A stretch of DNA of 64,000 nucleotides from NCBI GenBank assembly GCA_038251965.1, contig JBBSAV010000003.1, forward strand, positions 2,062-66,061, given 5' to 3'. The notes beneath the pieces were generated by a model. It saw only the letters and a list, made by a program, of their open reading frames with translations. It searched no databases and was not told where the DNA came from. Below are positions 59,259-64,000 of the stretch, piece by piece. The position numbers were made by a program, and so were the translations under genes. The DNA comes from Candidatus Limnocylindrales bacterium. GTDB taxonomy: Bacteria > Chloroflexota > Limnocylindria > Limnocylindrales > CSP1-4. Numbering within the stretch: the stretch's first letter is position 1; each line of letters starts with the position of its first letter.

Positions 59259-60428
59259 TCACCAGTCGGCCACCGAGCCATCGTCGTGATACCAGCGCAC
59301 GATCGGCTCTGGTTGGTACGGGTATCGAGCCGCGGCGCGTTCATCGATCTCGATCCCGATGCCCGGTCGATGGGGCGGGGTGACGTGCCCATCGACGATC
59401 TTGAGGGGGAGATCCACGACCTCGTCACGCCACGGCACGTCGTTACGCATCACCTCCTGGATGAGGAAGCCGGGGATGGTGAAGCCCAGGTGGACGTTGA
59501 CCATCGTCGCCAATGGCCCGAGCGGATTGTGCGGCGCCAGCACCACGCCGTGGGCTTCGGCCAGCGCGGCGATGCGCCGGACTCCGGTGATGCCGCCGGC
59601 ATGGCAGACATCGGGTTGGGCGACCGCGACCGCTCGCGCCTCGAAGAGAGACCGGAACTCGCGCACCGTCACCAGGCGCTCGCCGGCAGCGACCGGGATG
59701 GGCACGCTTCGCGCCACCGCGGCGAGGCCGTCCGTGTCATCCGGCCGGCAGGGTTCCTCCAGGAACCATGGCCGCAGGGGCGCCAAGGCCAGCCCGTACT
59801 GGATGCCCATGGCGGCGGAGGTACGGCCGTGCAGATCGACCATGATGTCGACATCGTCGCCGACCGTGGAGCGGACCGCTGCCATCAGGCCGACTGCCTC
59901 ACGCAGGGCCGCGGCGCCCTCGAGCGGGCGACTCCGCGGGACAGCCAGGATCTTGAGCGCGTCGAAGCCATCGTCCACGCTTTGGCGGGCGCGTTCCGCG
60001 AACGCCTCCTGCGTGGCCTCGTCATAGACAGCTGCGGGATCGCCACCACCGAGGTGGTCGTACATTCGGAGACGGTCGCGCACCGGACCGCCGAGGAGCA
60101 CGTGAAGCGGGACGCCCAACTCCTTGGCGCGGATATCGTGCAACGCCTGGTCGATACCCGACAGGGCGCTCATGCCGATGGCGCCGCCGGGGAAGAAGGG
60201 GTGACGGTCCAGGCTTTGCCAGAGATGCTCCACGCGCATGGGATCCTCACCGATGACGAGTGGAGCCAGGTCATCAACAGCGCCCACCACGGCCCGCGTC
60301 CGCCACTCCATCGATGCCTCACCCCAGCCGACGAGCCCAGGCTGGTCGGTCTCCACGCGCACGAAGATCCAATTGCGCATGCGCGCGTTTACGACGAGCG
60401 TCGATACCGCGGTGACTCGAAGGCTCAT
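59259..60428 (-). CDS. Enolase-superfamily dehydratase (mandelate racemase/galactonate dehydratase-like)
   Basis: NWIFVRVETDQPGLVGWGEAS, MVDLHGR, WFLEEP, IPVAAGERL, AQPDVCHAGGITG. Confidence 0.85.
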   Translation of the reverse strand: MSLRVTAVSTLVVNARMRNWIFVRVETDQPGLVGWGEASMEWRTRAVVGAVDDLAPLVIGEDPMRVEHLWQSLDRHPFFPGGAIGMSALSGIDQALHDIRAKELGVPLHVLLGGPVRDRLRMYDHLGGGDPAAVYDEATQEAFAERARQSVDDGFDALKILAVPRSRPLEGAAALREAVGLMAAVRSTVGDDVDIMVDLHGRTSAAMGIQYGLALAPLRPWFLEEPCRPDDTDGLAAVARSVPIPVAAGERLVTVREFRSLFEARAVAVAQPDVCHAGGITGVRRIAALAEAHGVVLAPHNPLGPLATMVNVHLGFTIPGFLIQEVMRNDVPWRDEVVDLPLKIVDGHVTPPHRPGIGIEIDERAAARYPYQPEPIVRWYHDDGSVADW

Positions 60429-60432
60429 GTGT

Positions 60433-61215
60433 TCACGGGACGTCGTGCACCAGGACCGAGAGTCCCCCATCGACCATCAGGCTGACACCCGTCATGAAGC
60501 CGCATTCATCAGCCGCCAGGAAGGCGATCGCGGCAGCCACCTCGTCGGCTCGGGCGATGCGACCGAGTGGATGCAGAGCATCGACACGGCGGCTCTCCGC
60601 GGCGGGATCGGGGAAGCTGGCGTAGTAGTCGCTGCTGATCTGGGTGTCGACGTAACTGGGGCAGACAGCATTGACGCGGACGCCGGCCTTCCCGTACTCG
60701 ACCGCGAGGGCTCGAGTCAGTCCGATGACTCCGTGCTTGGCCACCGGATATGGGAAGCAGTGGGGAATGATGCCAAAGGAGTGGATCGACGCGACGTTGA
60801 CGATCGAACCGCGGCCGCGTTCGAGCATCGCTGGCAGCACGGCACGCGTGGCGAACCAGACGCCGTCGAGGTCGACGCCGAAGCAACGCCGCCAATCCTC
60901 ATCACTCAGCGTCAGGGGGTCTTCGAAGACGGCGATGCCCGCATTGTTGACCAGGACGTCCGGCGGCCCGAAGGCCTGACAGGTCGCCTCGACCAGGCGC
61001 TCCAGGGTTTCGGGGCGCGTGACATCGGCGGCGACGCAGATAGCCCGGCCGCCATCGGCCCGGACGCCGGACGCCACATGTTCTCCGGTCGCCGGATCCA
61101 ACTCGGCGATGACGACAGCCGCGCCTTCGGCGGCCAGCCGTCTGGCGGTCGCTTCTCCGATACCGCGACCGGCACCGGTGACGATGGCAACGCTCGACTC
61201 GAAACGGCGGGTCAT
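60433..61215 (-). CDS. Short-chain dehydrogenase/reductase (SDR)
   Basis: VAIVTGAGRGIGEA, NNAGI, catalytic YPVAKHG (YxxxK). Confidence 0.88.
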   Translation of the reverse strand: MTRRFESSVAIVTGAGRGIGEATARRLAAEGAAVVIAELDPATGEHVASGVRADGGRAICVAADVTRPETLERLVEATCQAFGPPDVLVNNAGIAVFEDPLTLSDEDWRRCFGVDLDGVWFATRAVLPAMLERGRGSIVNVASIHSFGIIPHCFPYPVAKHGVIGLTRALAVEYGKAGVRVNAVCPSYVDTQISSDYYASFPDPAAESRRVDALHPLGRIARADEVAAAIAFLAADECGFMTGVSLMVDGGLSVLVHDVP

Positions 61216-62288
61216 GTGACCGGGTCGACCTCGACCGGCGCGCCGTCCAACGCCGCCGAGCGGTGCATGGCATCGATGAGCTCGACCGTGCGAGCTGCGA
61301 TCTCGCCCGGTGACTCGTTCACACCGTACCCACCGATGAGCTCGACGAAACGCGCTGGCGGCTCCTCGCAGCTGTACGCCCCCTCACCTGCCGGGACCTC
61401 TTGGGAGACATGCATGCCATCGTGACGTCGGACCTCCAGGCGCTCCCGTTCGACGTCCAGCAGCAGTACGCCGTCGCTGCCGAAGACACGCAGCTCCAGC
61501 TGGAACTTGTCGTTGTCGGGGAGCGTGGCGGCGCCGGAGATGGTGCCGATGGCACCGCCCCCGAACTCGACTGCGGCCGCGTCGTACATGTCCACGCGCG
61601 AACCGGGGCGCGTCATGAGCGCAGCCACACGGGTGGCGTGCAAGCCCGTCAACCAGAAGAGCAGCGCGCTGGAGTGACTGATCTGACCATGGGCATAGCC
61701 ACCACCACGCTCGGGCAGTTGCCAGGTACCCGGATCGGGGCCGGAGATGGTGGCTTGCCATTGCTCGGGTGGCCCACCGCCCCCGGCAAAGAACCCCTTC
61801 GTGGGTGAGGCCATGTGGCACAACGCGTACTCGACCTCGCCTACCACGCCCTGGTCCATGAGGCGCTTGGCCTCGCGGATGAACGGCTTGTAGTGCCAGC
61901 CGTACGGGACGAGCAGGTGCAGACCACGCGCCCGCGCTTCATGCACCAGCTCCCACGCCTGCGCCGGATCGAGCGTCATCGGCTTCTCGCAAAGCACGTG
62001 GGCGCCACTCTGGAGTGCCGCGAGCGCATGTTCATGGTGTGCGGCGTGCGGCGAACCCACCAGGATGCCGTCGAGTCCCAGCTGCAGCAGTTCACGGTAG
62101 TCAGTGAAGGCGAACTCGAAGCCGAACTTCTCCTGCACCTCGCGCAGCAACTGCGGATCGCGCCGGGACACGGCGACCATCTCGACATCGTCACGCGCCG
62201 CCAGGATGGGCATGTGGTTGACGGTCGCCCACCAACCGGCGCCGATGAAACCGAGCCTGACCTTGCGTCCGACCACGGGCTCCCTCAA
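61212..62288 (-). CDS. Gfo/Idh/MocA-family oxidoreductase
   Basis: VRLGFIGAGWWATVNHMP Rossmann N-terminus and EKPMTL motif. The TTG start after ggagga overlaps the permease stop (TTGA). The longer ORF to 62801 was rejected. Confidence 0.82.
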   Translation of the reverse strand: MREPVVGRKVRLGFIGAGWWATVNHMPILAARDDVEMVAVSRRDPQLLREVQEKFGFEFAFTDYRELLQLGLDGILVGSPHAAHHEHALAALQSGAHVLCEKPMTLDPAQAWELVHEARARGLHLLVPYGWHYKPFIREAKRLMDQGVVGEVEYALCHMASPTKGFFAGGGGPPEQWQATISGPDPGTWQLPERGGGYAHGQISHSSALLFWLTGLHATRVAALMTRPGSRVDMYDAAAVEFGGGAIGTISGAATLPDNDKFQLELRVFGSDGVLLLDVERERLEVRRHDGMHVSQEVPAGEGAYSCEEPPARFVELIGGYGVNESPGEIAARTVELIDAMHRSAALDGAPVEVDPVT

Positions 62289-63289
62289 CGAGAAGTCCTC
62301 CGGCTCATGATGGTGCTGATGCGGCCACGATAGTGGTCGAGGCCCACAGCCAGCAGCAGCACCGCGCCGCGGGTGAGGTACTGATAGAAGGCGGGGACGC
62401 GCAACAGGATGAGGCCATTGCTGAGCGTACCCAGCACCAGCACACCGAGGGCTGTCCCGAACATCGAACCGACACCACCCGACAGCGACGTCCCACCGAG
62501 CACCACGGCCGTGATGGCCGTCAACTCCACGCCGGCTCCCGCGATCGGCTGGCCCGAGCCCAATCGCGCTGTCAGGATGACGCCGCTCAGGCCGGCGAGA
62601 GCACCCGAGGTCGTGTAGAGACCGATGCGGTAGCGGGTCAGATTGATGCCTGACAGGCGAGCGGCCTCGGCATTCCCACCCATGGCGTAGATATTTCGCC
62701 CGAGTGTGGTGTAGGCAAGGACGAAGTGGCCGATGACGAAGACGAGTACGAGCACGATGATGGGATTGGGGATGCCCAGCACATTTCCGTTGCCGAGCCA
62801 CGAGAACGTGGCATCGGTCGCACCCACAGCCTTGCCACCGGCCACGATGTACGTCAGTCCCAGGAAGATCGACATCGTGGCAAGCGTCACGATCAGCGCG
62901 TTGATGCGCAGCGTGGTGATGATGAGTCCGTTCAGGATGCCCGAGACGGCGCCCGTGGCCACCCCCGCGAACACCGCTGCGCCGGCGTTGTGCGTGGCGG
63001 TGAGGACGATGGCCGCCACCACGCCGGAGAACGCGACGATGGACCCGACCGAGATGTCGAGGCCGCCTGAGAGCATCACGAACGTCTCACCCGCAGCCAC
63101 GATCCCGACGAGGGCGACGCCGACCAATAGGTTGGCGATATTGGCCGGCGTCAGGAAGTACTGCGAGGCGATGGCGAGGATGACACACAGGACGATGAGC
63201 GCCGTCAAGACGCCACGCTGTTCTGGCGGCAACAACCGCTGGAGCCTGGGGCGTCGGGTCCTGCTAGTGGCGGGTGGAGCCGAGCTCAT
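62285..63289 (-). CDS. ABC sugar transporter permease (RbsC/AraH-like)
   Basis: ANIANLLVGVALVGIVAAGETFVMLSGGLDISVGS is typical of the ribose/xylose-type permease family. Confidence 0.88.
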   Translation of the reverse strand: MSSAPPATSRTRRPRLQRLLPPEQRGVLTALIVLCVILAIASQYFLTPANIANLLVGVALVGIVAAGETFVMLSGGLDISVGSIVAFSGVVAAIVLTATHNAGAAVFAGVATGAVSGILNGLIITTLRINALIVTLATMSIFLGLTYIVAGGKAVGATDATFSWLGNGNVLGIPNPIIVLVLVFVIGHFVLAYTTLGRNIYAMGGNAEAARLSGINLTRYRIGLYTTSGALAGLSGVILTARLGSGQPIAGAGVELTAITAVVLGGTSLSGGVGSMFGTALGVLVLGTLSNGLILLRVPAFYQYLTRGAVLLLAVGLDHYRGRISTIMSRRTSR

Positions 63290-64000
63290 GCGGTGATGTC
63301 CAGGGCTGCAGGAGCGATCACGGGAGCGATCACCGGAACCATCGCCAAGGTCAAGATCTCCTCCTCGGTAACTGTCGCACCGGCGAGCTCGCCGGTCATC
63401 GATCCGTCGCGCATGACGATGATCCTGTCGGCCAGGCCGATGACCTCGACCAGCTCGGACGAGATAAGGACGATGGCCATGCCCGAGGCTGCCAACTCCT
63501 CGATCAGGGCATAGATCTCGCTCTTCGCGCCGATGTCGATACCCCGGGTCGGCTCATCGAGGATGAGCACGCGGGGACGCATCGCAAGGGCGCGGGCAAG
63601 CACGACCTTCTGCTGGTTGCCGCCGCTCAGATTGACGACCAGCACGTCGCGGTCGGGGGTCTTGATGCGCAGGTCGCGGACGTAGCTGTCCACCAGCTCT
63701 GCCTCTCGTCCGCGGTCGATGTAGCCAAAGCGGGCCAAGCGACCCTGCGACGTCAGGGCCACGTTCTCCGCCACGGAGCGCTGCAGGACGAGCGCATCAC
63801 GCTTGCGGTCTTCAGGGCACAGTGCGATGCCGGCCCGGATGGCGTCGCCCGGTCCCGAGATGGCGAGCTCCCGCCCATCCACCGCGACGCTCCCCGCCAC
63901 GATGGGGTCGAGCCCGTAGATGGCGCGCGCGAGGGCACTTCGACCGGATCCCATCAGGCCCGCGACGCCGACGACCTCCGCGCCACGCACGCTGAAGCTG
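63286..64000 (-). CDS. ABC sugar transporter ATP-binding protein (C-terminal half; truncated by the window edge)
   Basis: Second NBD motifs GLMGSGRS, LSGGNQQK, LILDEPTRGID. The reading frame stays open to the window end. Confidence 0.85.
   Translation of the reverse strand, partial: SFSVRGAEVVGVAGLMGSGRSALARAIYGLDPIVAGSVAVDGRELAISGPGDAIRAGIALCPEDRKRDALVLQRSVAENVALTSQGRLARFGYIDRGREAELVDSYVRDLRIKTPDRDVLVVNLSGGNQQKVVLARALAMRPRVLILDEPTRGIDIGAKSEIYALIEELAASGMAIVLISSELVEVIGLADRIIVMRDGSMTGELAGATVTEEEILTLAMVPVIAPVIAPAALDITA

Noticed and set aside
58114-60485. Long antisense ORFs opposite the phosphotriesterase-like gene (58114-59133) and the enolase-superfamily gene (59286-60485)
   Set aside because: Compositionally biased translations without motifs. 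The sense-strand products carry clear family signatures.

Overview
High-GC bacterial chromosomal segment (roughly two-thirds G+C by eye). GGAGG-type ribosome binding sites and frequent ATGA/GTGA/TTGA start-stop overlaps suggest an actinobacterial or Chloroflexi-like genome, but I cannot assign a taxon from sequence alone. I support about 60 protein genes, mostly core metabolism in tight operons. These are: MarR<>fabD-KAS-KAS (no ACP gene); a copper P-type ATPase cluster; korAB 2-oxoacid:ferredoxin oxidoreductase with a receiver protein and an M24 peptidase; a split arginine cluster (argCJB, then a GGDEF-EAL gene on the opposite strand, then argGH); dapB-dapA-dapD-lysA; thrC; argR overlapping an OmpR-type regulator next to amt and a GAF histidine kinase; metC and metH; and two convergent sugar-related operons (HutC-SIS-FAD oxidoreductase-ROK kinase-phosphotriesterase-like lactonase versus ABC sugar importer-Gfo/Idh/MocA-SDR-enolase-superfamily dehydratase). 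Accessory content is an IS3-family element at the left edge, a vapBC pair, and a visibly lower-GC islet. No rRNA, tRNA or CRISPR array was found. The loci most worth follow-up are: (1) a secreted six-Cys beta/gamma-crystallin-like protein co-oriented with an ABC-2 exporter and a divergent wHTH regulator in the low-GC islet; (2) a ~790-bp ORF-free, hairpin-rich region ending in a strong intrinsic terminator 47 nt upstream of dapB; (3) 51-bp tandem repeats that reiterate the start of a TetR gene; (4) an XRE-HTH protein with a PD-(D/E)xK-like motif; (5) the HutC-SIS-FAD-ROK-lactonase operon. All calls come from reading the ORF translations and the DNA by eye. No database search or computation was run.
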